The translations under genes were made by a program, and so were the position numbers. From Chrysomallon squamiferum (lineage: Eukaryota > Animalia > Mollusca): 64,000 nucleotides of DNA. Within the stretch, counting starts at the first letter, position 1. Every line of letters begins with the position of its first letter. Below, in pieces: positions 42,758 through 56,767 of the stretch. Under the pieces are notes generated by a model. It was not told the origin of the DNA, made no database searches, and saw only the letters and a program-made list of their open reading frames with translations. Where the stretch lies: assembly GCA_012295275.1 (NCBI GenBank), contig CM022665.1, forward strand, positions 46,252,001-46,316,000. Reading direction: 5' to 3'.

Positions 42758-43145
42758 CAGCAGCAGCAGCAGTAGTAGTAGTTATTGTGATAATAGTAGT
42801 GGTAGTAGTAGTAGCTATAACAATAATCATAAATTATAACAAGAACAATAAGAACTATAATAATAATAAAGTTAATAGGAGTTATAGTAGTAAATATAAT
42901 TAAATAAATAAATAAATAAAAAATAATAGTAATAAGCAAACTATTGATGATAATAATAATGAAGATAAATTAATAATAATTATAATAATAATAATAATAA
43001 TAATAAATAATAATAATTATCATCATAATCATAGTAATCATAACAAGAATAATGATATAAACTATAATAATAATAATAATAATTATTATTATATTAACAA
43101 CTATAATAAGAATAATAACAACAGTAACAGTATCAGAAAAATAAC

Positions 43146-43189
<44 letters not shown>

Positions 43190-43230
43190 TAAAACAACAA
43201 CAACAACTACTACAACAACAACAATAATGA
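42500..43230. repeat. (AGT)n/(AAT)n repeats with a ~30-bp higher-order period
   Basis: gtgataatag(tag)n blocks at 42541, 42571, 42601, 42631 and 42661. Confidence 0.92.
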
Positions 43231-43834
43231 AAGTAACAGTAATTGCTGTGATATTATCAATATTAAAATACTAATCACCAAAATCTCGGCATGCTGATTT
43301 AATAATGAGCATTTTGAGCAGAATGTACTCAAACACAATTAGATTTCCACAACAGGTTATCAAATAACACAGCCATCTTGTACTGAAATTTCTTCACACT
43401 TCACCGAGTAATATTAAATATTCAATCATGCATGAAAATGTTGCACCATCATCAACAGAGATAACTGTATTCTGAATCATTAGGTATCGAAACATTTCTT
43501 TTTAAAATATTTCAAATTTGTTTTTTTTTTTTTTTTTTTTTTTTAATTAATTTATAAACAATTTAGCAAAATCATTGTTGGAAACTCCTTAAGGAGAATT
43601 CATACTGTGTGACTTATTGTACCGACTTGTAAACTTAACCAAAAGAATAAATAAATATAAATTAGACTTGAATACAGACTTAATGTTTTTCAGTTCTACA
43701 TTTTCAAATTAAATTTTTGTTACATACAAAAGGAAAAAGAATCTAATGAAAATTATCATCTTAAGAAATGGAATTAAATTTTTTTATTGGCAATTGATTA
43801 CTATTGCTGTTCTTTTTTTTCTGTATGTCTCCCC

Positions 43835-43867
<33 letters not shown>

Positions 43868-44754
43868 TGTTATCACTAGTATTATAATTATTAATATTAT
43901 ATTGTTCTTCTTATTGTTATTATTATAATAACTGTTAGTATTATTACTATTATCAATATTATTATTATTACTGTTATTATTTTTATTATCATCAACATGA
44001 TTATCATTATGACAAGTATTATTACTGTTAATATTATATTTGTTATTATTGTTATTATTATTATTATAACTGTTTCAATTATTATTACTGTAAACATCAT
44101 CATTATTATCATTATTGTTGTTATTATTATTATTACTATCACCATCATCATCATTATCATTATTGTTGTTATTATTGTACTAACTGTAATAATAAAAATT
44201 GTTAATCATCATTATCAGTTATTTTTGTTGCTACTGAAACATTATCATCAGAATAATGACATGTAATAACAATTAAAAAAACAACAACAATTACAGTGGA
44301 AAGGAGGCTAGACAAGATCATTTTCTTACTCATTATTTTCAAATTAAAATCATATTTCAAGTAATTAGGTGAAAAAATAAATAAATAAAAATTTAAAAAT
44401 TAAAAATCTTTAAAAATTAAAGAATCTAATCTTTTGCTTTATATATTTATTTATTTTATTTTATTTTATTTTATTTTATTTTATTTATTTTCTTATTATT
44501 TATTTATTTTCTTATTTATTTATTTTCATTTTGATAATCATGTTACAATAAAACATTGAAATTTTTTTAAATATTTATGTGTATTGTCGTGTATTTGACA
44601 GTAGTTTGAGCATAAAATAAAATATTATTGTACATCATGTCACAGAAAAGATAAAAAAATAAAATAAAAACAGATTTTTATTTATTCAGTATCACAGTCG
44701 GCTAATTACTGAATCTGATATTATTTCAGCTTGTTACATTTATTACACACTGTT

Positions 44755-45060
44755 CAGTTAAGAAGCAGGAGATCACAGGACCAATTCCCTTTGGTGAGCT
44801 TTACTGTGTTTTACCCAATCCGGGCAGTACTCCATATTTACTATATCAAAATCTGTAGTGTATATTTCCACGTTTATGGGAAGGTGTGTAAAAAAAATAT
44901 CACTTACTGCTAAATGACAAACTGATAAGAGTATTCCGTGTGGAAATAACTGGTTTCATCTCTGTAATCAACATTATAAAATAAAGAGAATGTTTACTTC
45001 ACATCAAGTGAAGATTAATATTTTAAAACATTTCGAGATTTCGCTTGTCAGATATTAATC
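44755..45060 (+). mobile_element. Near full-length but heavily decayed tRNA-derived SINE
   Basis: Ordered motifs: gatcacaggaccaattccc (B-box-like head), ccaatccgggcagtactcca, atcaaa..gtagtgtat, tgggaaggtgtgtaaaa..cttactgctaa, tggtttcatctct. Matches the molluscan SINE layout from memory only. Confidence 0.5.
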
Positions 45061-45328
45061 AACCCTTTCATTCCAGTAATTTTGAAATACTTTATGATTA
45101 ATAAAGATTAGAAACAAACACCCGCACAAATACTAATTAAGACAATATTCTTTCAACATGATGGACTGACTCCTTTACAACAACTTCACTTTTTTTTCTT
45201 TCTACAAACCACAACAACTACAGCAAACAAAAAACCAAAATCTCTTACATTCTCACCATCAAAATGATTACACACACTGGATCAACATGAAACTTTTAGA
45301 CCTAACTGTACAGCAATTAAAATTTTTT

Positions 45329-45375
<47 letters not shown>

Positions 45376-45634
45376 TCTGAAAGGAAAAAGTCTTAATTGA
45401 CAAAACTAATAAAGTCTGGCAGAAATAAACTTGCGTCGCCATGGTAACCAGGTTGAAACACAAAACAACACAAAACAACACAAAAGATTGGGAGGGGGGA
45501 AAATAAATAACAGAAGAATAATGATGTCTAATGACTGGACTCTGCTGGTTTCAGGTAATTCAGTTATCGCCTGTGTGTAAAATACCATCACGCAACATGG
45601 TTCTTGATTCCCTTTGGTGGACGAAAAATTAGCG

Positions 45635-46300
45635 AAGAAATTATTTAGATAGGGGGATGGAAATTAGTGAGATAGGGGATGGAAATTATAATTCAGATAG
45701 GGGAGGAATTAGTGATGTAAGATGGGAGAAGTTATTTAGATATGGGAGACATTAGTGAGATAGGGAGAAATTAGTGAGATAAGGGAGAAATTATTTAGAC
45801 AGGGGAGAAATTAGTGATGTAAGATGGAAATTAGAAATTAGGGAGACAGTGAGATATGGGAGAAATTATTTAGATAGGAAGAAAAAAAGATAGGGAGAAA
45901 TTAGTGAGATAAGGAGAAATTATTTAGATAGGGATAAAATAGTGAGACAAGGGAGAAATTTGAGATTTATTAGATAGGGCAGTGATGTAAGATGGAGATA
46001 AGTTAGGGAATCTTAGATAGGGAGAAATTATTAGTGAGATGATAACAGAAATAGGGGAGGAACTGAGATGGGAGAAAATTATTTGGGATAAGAAAGAATA
46101 AGGGATGAAATTTGAGAGTAGGAACAAATTAGTGAGATAGGGAGAAATTTAATTTAGAGAGGGAGGAATAGTGATAGACATTTGGAAATTTTTGGAAATA
46201 GATAGTGAGATAATGTGACAAATTAGTGAGATAAGGGAGAAGTTTAGAAATTAGTGAGATGTCAGAGAAATGAGGGTGATAGGGAGAAAATTAATGGGAG
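45635..46300. repeat. ~18-20-bp purine-rich minisatellite (agatagggagaaattagtg)
   Basis: Direct reading. Confidence 0.88.
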
Positions 46301-47565
46301 AAAAAAGAGGTTGAGATGTAAAAAACATGGTGTTTTTGAACAAATTGGGAGAATGATCAGAAATGTGAGATGTCAGACAAATTATTTGATTATTTGAGAA
46401 ATATGAGAAAGTTGACAAATGGGGTGAAACTTCAGAAAATTTATTTTGAGCAAATAAAAATTTATAATTATTCTGAATGGTTTGAAATAGTCAGATAAGA
46501 AGAAGGTATTTCTGATTAATTACTAAGAATAATTAATTAACCAGAAAAAAAAAAAAAAAAAAAAAATAAAAAAAATGTATAAGCTTTAAAATGATACATA
46601 TCTCTCATTGTTAAAAATATACACCAGCAGACATATTGATTTTTTTGCAAGTCATTTCCTTTTTTCATAAAAAAAAAAAAAAAAAAAAAAAATTAAATAA
46701 TAATAAAAAAAATTGCCCTTGAATACTGAAAGATTTTGAAATAATCCTATTACAGATGAAAAAATATATATATTATTAAGCCAGAAATGACAAAAGCCAT
46801 TTTTTTAAAATATTATCCTTATCAGTACATTTTATGTGATAGCCACATATTAAATACTCATATCACACAAACTGACAGACAGAACTGAAAGTTGAGTAGT
46901 TTGGTTACAACCTTTCACATTTTAGTATATTTAAGCTATCAGCTACATCAATATATATGTTGAATTTTAGCTCTGGTCAGTTTTCGGCTTGTTAAAAACT
47001 CTTGTGAAACAAGCTAAAAATAAAAAAAATAAAAAAAAAATGTAATAAAAAGGGATAATCATTTCTCTGTAGAAACAATCAAAACAAATCTCAATTCTGT
47101 AAATTCACGAAACTTTGCAGGAATAAAGACTTTATTTCCTTCATTTTTCAACTTCTTACATTTCAAAAAAAATTTCTCTCTCTCTCTCCAGTAAAAAAAA
47201 AAAAACAACAAACAAAAAAATAATAAAATCCATGCATGCAGATGGCTGCCAAAAAAACAAAAGAGAAAATCAATTTTCCAGATAAATATGTTGTTCTGTT
47301 TGCGCTATTAGCCAAATCTGGCTCGACTCTGAATATGTGGCTCTGTATCTTTTGCGTTCGTTCGCACATTCTCGTTATTTCTGGGGGTTCAGCACCTAAT
47401 TGTTTCTTCATCTGTTAAATTGTCAGTTTGTACATACATACGTGCGTAGTAGTGGTGGTAGTGGTGGTGGCGGCCGATGTGAACCTCATCACTGTCAGCT
47501 TGTACGGAACATCTACACATGTTTACGCGACGAGGTTTAATGCACGAGTAGACTCATCAACATTA

Positions 47566-47920
47566 TTTTATGTAAACTATCCCAAACAAACTGATGTTTT
47601 ATGTAAAATATCCCACACAAACTGATATTTTATGTAAAATATCTCACACAAACTGATATTTTATGTAAAATACCCCACACAAACTGATGTTTTATGTAAA
47701 ATATCCCAAACAAACTGATGTTTTATGTAAACTATCTCACACAAACTGATATTTTATGTAAAATATTCCACACAAACTGATATTTTATGTAAAATATCCC
47801 ACACAAACTGATATTTTATGTAAACTATCCCACACAAACTGATGTTTTATGTAAAATATCCCACACAAACTGATGTTTATGTAAACTATCCCACACAAAC
47901 TGATGTTTTATGTAAACTAT
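47566..47920. repeat. 31-bp minisatellite ttttatgtaaaatatcccacacaaactgat(a/g)
   Basis: Period 31 from 47566. Confidence 0.95.
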
Positions 47921-48060
47921 TGTGTAGGTATTATAACCCAATAATATTTTATGTAGATTATTTTACATAAACTGACATTTTATGCAATCTTCTCTACGTG
48001 TAACTGGTATTTTACATATACTATCCTATATGTAATCCTCTCTACATAAACTCATATTTA

Positions 48061-48290
48061 AGGTCACATTTGCAATATTCTCTACACGAACTGATATTTT
48101 ATGTGAACTACCCTAGATGTAATGACAGGTCACATTTGCAATATTCTCTACATGAACTCATATTTTATGTAAACTACCCTAGATGTAATAACAGGTCACA
48201 TTTGCAATATTCTCTGCTTAAACCGATATTTTATGTAAACTGTCCTAGATGTAATAACAGGTCACATTTGCAATATTCTCTACACGAACT
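48061..48290. repeat. 66-bp tandem repeat, about 3.5 copies
   Basis: aggtcacatttgcaatattctct at 48061, 48127, 48193 and 48259. Confidence 0.95.
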
Positions 48291-48650
48291 GTCAGTTAAT
48301 GTTAATCCATCCTACACAGACTGGTATTTTGTGTCAACAGTCCTACATGCAAACGCACACTGGACAATAACAATAACAATAATAACAATAACAATAATAA
48401 TAACAATAACAATAACAACAACAACAATAATAACAATAACAATAACATTAACAATAACAACAATAACAATAACAACAACAACAACAATAACAATAATGCT
48501 GCCTGCCCCCCCCCCCCCCCTCACCCAACCCCCCAAACCCTCCCTCTCTCTCCTTCCTGGAACCACCCTGAGTCTTAGCTGTCACTGACTGCCTATGGTG
48601 GTGTTTTTAGACTGGTTACATTATTCAAAGGTCGTTTTGTTTTTTTCTTT

Positions 48651-48725
<75 letters not shown>

Positions 48726-49879
48726 ATTTAGAACTGACACTAATTTGCCTATCTCACCTGCTGTGAATTGTGCTTCAGTGTCTCGACGAGTTTTTTCTTT
48801 CCGTCATGTCAGGAATATTAATAAGCATGAAAGGACGAAGCGAAAAGATAATTGAAATAGGTCTCATATTTCACATCTTCTTCTTCTTCGTCGTTGTTGT
48901 CGTTGTCGTTGTTGTTGTTGTTGTTGTTTTTCTCTTTTAATGTCAGTTTGAGATACAGAGAAAGAGCTGTAGGTTTTTGTTTTTTTTTTTTTTTTTTGTG
49001 TGGCAGGGTGCTGGGTGTTTGGCTGCCAAGATCACAGGATCGATTCTTGACAGTGGTCAGATTTTTTTTGTAGAAATACTTGGATACGTTTTTGTAATTT
49101 TTTGATCTTGTAAAAAAAAGATGTGTTATTTTTATTTATTTTTCAGTATTATTATTCTAAGTATCGTTGTGTTGTTGTTGTTATTATTATTATTATTATT
49201 ATTATTAGTCTTTTACTACTACAACAACTACATTTACAACTACTACAACTACAACTAATACTACTACTAATAATAATAATAAAAATAATAATAAAATATA
49301 TTCTAAAAATCTTCTCTCACTACAAATATTCTACATTTCTGAACAATTCTATTATTATCATTGTTACTACAACAACAACTGCAACTGCTACTGCTACTGC
49401 TACTATTACCAGTACATCTCTGAAAATCTTCTCCCACTACAAATAATAATCTACATTTCTGAACAATTCTATTATCATTGTTACTACAACAACAACAACA
49501 ACTGCTGCTGCTGCTGCTGCTGCTACTACTACTACTACTACTACATCGTCATCTTCATGTATCTTAAAAATCTTCTCCCATTACAAACAATTATATTATT
49601 ATTGTTACTACTACTACTTCTACTACTAATACCACTACAACTACTACATCATCTTCGTGTATCTTAAAAATCTTCACCCAAACTGCTGATAAAGAAACAT
49701 TCTTATACCTATTCTGAACAGTTCTATCCAGAGCGCTAATCTTTTCTGCCCGTTATTAAATTGAGGCATCTAACTGTAAACATTAATTATTCGATCTGCG
49801 GCCAGCATGAACAACAACAACCACCACCACAAGCCAATCAGTTTTACTCCGAGAACAACATAACGAACACTTTCACAGG

Positions 49880-49953
<74 letters not shown>

Positions 49954-50515
49954 CCCTCCCTCATAATCTCATCTCTTCTGTCAAGACATTTCTGTAACAG
50001 GTGTGTGTGTACAAGAATAACTTACTTATCAGAGATTAATCAGAAATCAGCTACGTAGAATTCGAATACCGTCACGAGAGAAAGTTAGCAATTAAAAAAA
50101 AAAAAAAATTGGACGGTTTAGAAATAAATGAGTGAAAATTATTACTAGTACCACCACCATCATGAATGAATGAATGATGTTCAGTAATTAAAAAAAAAAA
50201 TAAAATAATTTTATATCTGGGTTTACCGTCGTTTGAGATTAAAATATTATTTTGTTAATAATTACGGTCTATGTTGGAAAAGTATTTAAAAAAAAAAAGC
50301 TGATGTCATTTTGCTAAAATAAATCCCTGTTTGATATTTCATGTAATTGATAAAATAGTGATTCAGCCGTGGACACGAAGGAAAGTAAAAACCAGACAGG
50401 AGCACCAGTTTGGAATGGGAATTAATACTTGCATTTGTGAAGATTAAGATATTTATACAAAAATCACGTGTCATTTTCAAAAACATATCCCTTTTTAATA
50501 TTTCATATAACTCAG

Positions 50516-50555
<40 letters not shown>

Positions 50556-51319
50556 TATCAAAACTTTAGAATTAAATATTTCAAGTACTGTTTGTAATCT
50601 ACAGCAGACTTTCCTCTCAGACAATCACAGAAATAAAATTATATAAAAATTGTAATGAACAAAAAGTTAATTTCCTAAGGTTCTTTATCTGCATGTCAGT
50701 CTGTTAGTTTCTTTGAGTTTTTTTCTTTTTCCATTTCCTTTTCTTTCCTTTTTTTTATCCTTTTCTTTCATTTATTCTGTTTTTCTTTCACTCTTTGTAA
50801 CATTTTCTTTCACCTTCTTCTTTTTCTTCGCTATTTTTCTTCCTTTCTGTTTTTATTTTAGTCTTTCTCTCCTCTTCTTTCACTCTCCTTTTATCTTTTC
50901 CTTATCTTTCACTCTTTCTTCTTTTCTTTAACTCTCTCTTTCTCCTTTTCTATCTCTATCTCTCTCTTTCTCTCTCTCTCTCTGTTCGCACACAATTCAG
51001 ATCTCACTTTCCTAAGACTAATTCTATTTTCATAAATCTGCAGATTGCCACAATCTCATTAACAAACAATAACCAAAAAAAAAAAAAAAAAAACCCTCCC
51101 CGCCAAAAAAAACCTCTTTTACCCTCATCTCCTGACAGCTCATTTCATCATTGATTATTTTATTTTTTTTCTATTTTTGTGTTAAAGTAAATTTAAAATT
51201 CAATGCATACACATCATTAGTTTCATCAGGCGCATGTTACAGTTAGTCCTGGTACATTGAAACAACTCGATTAGACCAAATAAAATATATATAATTAAAC
51301 TGCCTGAGGAAGCTATTTC

Positions 51320-51685
51320 AGAGAATCCTTTTTCATCTGATATCATTCTCTTTTCTTATCATCTACAATTATCCATTTTTCAATCAGAATCCTTTTTCAT
51401 CTGGCATCATTCTCTTTTCTTATCATCTACAATCATCCCTTTTTTCAATCAGAATCCTTTTTCATCTGGCATCATTCTCTTTTCTTATCATCTGCAATCA
51501 TCCCATTTTTCAATCAGAATCCTTTTTCATCTGGTATCATTCTCTTTTCTTATCATCTACAATCATCCCAATCAGAATCCTTTTTTTTTTTTTCAGTTCA
51601 TCATCTGCAATCATCCCATTTTGGGGAGATAGACCAGTTTTTGGTTGTCATAGATCATCTGGAAATTCTCTTTTCTTATCATCTG
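51320..51685. repeat. ~65-bp pyrimidine-rich tandem repeat
   Basis: agaatcctttttcatctg..atcattctcttttcttatcatct recurs. Confidence 0.92.
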
Positions 51686-52050
51686 GATGAAAACTCAGAT
51701 TGGATGAAAACTCAGATTGGAAGAAAATTCAGATTGGAAGGAAAAACTCAGAATGGAAAGAAAATCAGGAAAGAAAACTCAGATAGAAAAGAAAAAAAAC
51801 TCAGATTGGAAAGAAAACTCAGATAGAAAAGAAAACTCAGATAGGAAAGAAAACTCAGATTGGAAAGAAAACTCAGATTGAAAAGAAAACTCAGATAGGA
51901 AAGAAAACTCAGACTGGAAAGAAAACTCAGATAGGAAGAAAACTCAGATTGGAAAGAATACTCAGATTGGAAAGAAAACTCAGATTGGAAAGAATACTCA
52001 GATTGGAAAGAAAACTCAGATAGGAAGAAAACTTGGATTGGAAAGAATAA
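51686..52050. repeat. 18-bp minisatellite ggaaagaaaactcagatt
   Basis: Direct reading. Confidence 0.95.
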
Positions 52051-53539
52051 CCAATAACAAAATAAAATAAAAAATATTTAAAAATAAATAATTAAAAATA
52101 AAATCTTATAAAAAAACTGACAGATTGGAAAGAAAAAACATGGAAAAAATATTTCAGATTTTAAGATTTTCATATATATATATATTTTTTAAAAAGAGAT
52201 ATATGCTGGTGAATTAAAAAATGTATTTTATAAATTATATATAAGAATACTTTGAGTGTAGTTTACAAAGAACTATAGTACTGTATTTACATGCAGAAAA
52301 TGAAATTAGTCAGGAGGACACATGGTTGGAATTGGAAAAAAGACAAAAATGTTGAAAGATGGATTAGTTTAAAAAAAAATAAAAATATTAATAATGTTGT
52401 AGAATGAAAACTAGATCAATGAGAAAGTATTAAAAGATATGTTAGTTTAAAACATAGTATCGTTAATGTGTTGGAAATGTTAAAGATAAAATGTCAAAAG
52501 GTATTTTTTTTCGAACAAGTTATTTACATGCTGGAATGATTAATCTGTGATAAAATATTAAAAAGGTTGTCTTAATTCATCATTTTCATGTTGGAATGAA
52601 AAACAGATCAGTGATTAAAGTTTTAAAAGTTATGTTAGTTTAGGAACAAATTATCATTTACATGTTGGAATGTGAAAAAAATGTGAAATATCTAATGATT
52701 TTAAGAAAAAAAAAATCAATTTTTAAAAAAAAATATCAATTCTTCTGTGTCTTAATTTAGATAAAAAATACATTGGAAGGGAAAAAGAATTAAATAATAA
52801 GATATATATATATATAAAAAAATATATCAGTTTCAAAAATACATCAATTCTTGAGTGTCTTAATTTAGATAAATTTACATGTTGAAATAGGAAATTTTTT
52901 TTAAATAATAAGATATATTTTATATATATTTTATATATATATATTATATATATATATATATATAAATTTATATCAGTTTTAAAAATACATCAATTCTTGT
53001 GTCTTAATTTTGATAAAAAAAATATATCATTTACGTGCTGAAATGAGAAAAACAATTTAAATAATAAGATATAAATAAAAAAATATATCAAATTTTCAAT
53101 AAAAATAAAAAAGAAAGAGAAGTCAATTCTTGTGTGTTTGAATGATTAGCTACAAAAATGGATCTGCAACTGAAATCAACACAACAACTCACTGCGTCTC
53201 TTAGACAGGAAGAGACAGCAGATCTAGCGAAAATGTCTGATAATTGAAGACTGGGGGCAACGTTATCGCGAGACAGAAAAACCATTTAGACGAATCAGCT
53301 GTCACAGCACACAGCTGATTACAACATCGTCAGTGTGGTCGGCGAGGTTGCTGCCGATGATGCCTGCAGTGTTGTTGTAACTGAACATTGGCGTGACACC
53401 TGCTACACCTGTGTGTTGTTTTTTATTTTGTGAATGTCGAGGGCAACGTTGTTGATGTAGTTTGGTGAGTGGTGGGAGTGCGTTTTGAGTGTTTTTGTGT
53501 GAATTTAGAGTGAATTGGTTGAATTGAAGTTATTAGAAG

Positions 53540-53634
<95 letters not shown>

Positions 53635-55133
53635 AGAGAGAATTATTTTGATATTTTTTCTAATTTTCTTATTTTTTATTATTTGCTTATTTATTTATTT
53701 ACTTATTTATTTATTTATCTATTTATTTATTTTTTACTTATTTATTTATTTATCTATTTATTTACTTTTTATTATTTTTTATTTACAGTTATCCATTTAT
53801 TTATTCATGAATACAGTGTTCATTAATAAATTATTAAAATATTCCTACAAAATCTATTTATATTACAAAATTTTCATCAGTTTATAAAAATTTAAAAATA
53901 TATTTTAAAAGAAAAAAGATTTTTTTTTTTTTTTACAGTTTACAAATAATATTTTAAAATGTTACAAAAAAAAAAATAAAAGTATTCACAAATTAAAAAC
54001 ATCCTATAAATTATTCTTGACACAGCATGTATCACTCAAGTTAAAAACAGTAACACAAAAAAAAAAAAAAAAAAAAAAAAAAAACACATTCACCATTCAA
54101 AACTGTGTTATACAACACACAGTTCGACAACACAAAATCAGATTAGGCGTAAACGTTTCCTCCTATAGTGATATTAGCAGAGCATCATGGGATTGCCGGG
54201 CACCACGGAAACTGATTCCATGATTTTGACAAATTGCAACAATTTGAAACGTATTAAAAATGGCGTCTGAACATTTAAGATCAGCACAGAATGGACGGAC
54301 TGCAAGCTAGACTGATTATTCTTGTTGTACACAAAATAATCCAATTGTTTTTTACAGAAATACCTTTTATTATTAGGAGACTGAGATCTTAAAATGATTA
54401 TAGAAGAGTAATAAAATAAACAGAAAAAAAAGAAAAAAAGAAAAGTGTTTATATATTTTTTTTTAATTTAAAGAAAAGGAGAAAAAAGAAATGTTAAGAA
54501 ATTTTTTTAAAACATAAAATAAATCAGAATAAAAAATGAAGCTAAAAAATCAAGAGAAAAAATTTTTTAAAAAATCAAGAGAAAATTATAAAAAAGAAAA
54601 AAATAAATTTTTTACATTTTTTTTTAGATGATTTTAAAAGAATTAGCTATAATATTTCTAATACAGTAAGAGAAAATAAATTTAAATTAAAAAAATAATT
54701 AAAATAAAACAAAACAAAATAAAGAATAAAATAATTAAAATAATAAAAAAAATAATATTATTAAAACTAATTAAAAAAAATTAATTAAAAATATTTAAAA
54801 AAAAAAAAAAAATATATTTGTATTTTCTTTGTTTTAAAAAAAATTAATGTATAAAAATATCCTAAAATATTCTGAGAAAAAATATGTATTTTTTTTCTCC
54901 AGAAATTAAGTCTTCACCCAACAAAACTCAATTTCTAAACAAACAAAAAAAAAAAAAAAAAGATATTCTTTTACAATTTATTTTAACAAAATATTTACTA
55001 AAAAAAAAAAAAAAAAAAAAATAAAAAATCCTCATTATTGAACCAACAACATAAAACACAGTTAAAACCAAAAAACATATAACAACATAAAAAAACAAAC
55101 AAACAAAAAAACAATTACTGGACAAAACCAAGA

Positions 55134-55187
<54 letters not shown>

Positions 55188-55699
55188 TCCATGTAAAGGT
55201 ATTTTCTTTACAGATATTCTCACAGAAGAAAATGAAAAAAAGAAAAAAAAAAAAAAACCACCTGATGTTTAATGGCAGTTTCTCACAGCAGTGTCATATC
55301 GCAGTGTGAGGATACGGAGTTTAATCGATGGGGCTGATGCAGATACGTCCTGTATGGCATTGTATTTCCAATCACCGGGTGAGTTTAATAAGAAAGATAT
55401 CGCACGATCTTACATACAATACGAGAGAAAATATTGACGTCTGCTCGGAAACAGGAAGTCTGTGAGCAACTGGAGACTGCACAAATATCAGCTGGGGGAG
55501 GGGGGGGGTGGTGATATTTGGTAATTGTGTTTTTTTATTATATTTTTATGATTATTAACAAAAACAAAAAATAAAATAAAAAATAAATAATTGTGTGTTT
55601 GATTGATGAGATAGACAGCTGTTTAAGTTTGTTCTGTACGAAGATGAGACAATAGCAAATAAAGTACAAGTCCATTATTGGACTGTGTACAGCTGTGTC

Positions 55700-56360
55700 C
55701 ACACACAGACACACAGACAAACATACAAACAAACATACAAACACACAAACTCAAACATTTACTTAAAACTTTATACACAGATAGACCGATTTCTAACACA
55801 CAAAACACACACACATAGACATACAAACACAAACACACACACACACACAGACATACAAACACACACACACAGACATACAAACACACACACATAGACATAC
55901 AAACACAAACACACACACACACACCCAGACATACAAACACACACACACAGACATACACACACACAGACATACAAACACACACAGACACAAACACACACTT
56001 AGACATACAAACACACACACACACAAACACACACACAGACATACAAACACACACACAGACACATTACAGACAAACACAAACACACACACACACACACAAC
56101 ACACACACACACAATAGACACACAAACACACACACATATAGATACAAACTAACACACACACATACAAACACACACACACACACACACAAACATACAAACA
56201 CACACAGACATACAAACACACACACAGACACACAAACATACATACAAACACACACACACACTCTCTCACACAAACGGTTCCTTACAACTTAAACTACAAA
56301 CTATCTTCTAACACACACACAAACCTGCACAAACACACACACACACACACACACACATTC
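55700..56360. repeat. Compound (AC)n microsatellite
   Basis: Direct reading. Confidence 0.95.
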
Positions 56361-56701
56361 TGACTCAAACGTTCACACTCAGAGTGTAACGTACAGACAG
56401 ACAAATTTCTAAACATGTTAATGTTCTGTCTACTTGTCAGTGCTAATTCTGAAAACTCGATTCTATTTTATCACCTAACACCAGAGTCGCCAAGTATCCT
56501 GATTCTGTTAACAGTATAAGCAGACACCTTTCTGAATTCGACACAAACTTGAACAAAGCAGGAAAATAGAAAACTGAGAATAAAGTGAGTAATTCAGTGT
56601 TTGAAAACTCACTGCAATAAAAATACATATTTGTTTTTTGCTGTTTTTTTAAATTTATAATTTTTACAAAAAAGAAGTAGTAAGTCAAGGTATTAAAGGA
56701 G

Positions 56702-56767
<66 letters not shown>

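Noticed and set aside
54200-54209. GCACCACGGA resembling an RE1/NRSE core
   Set aside because: Only a partial match, and REST is not an established factor outside the chordate lineage.
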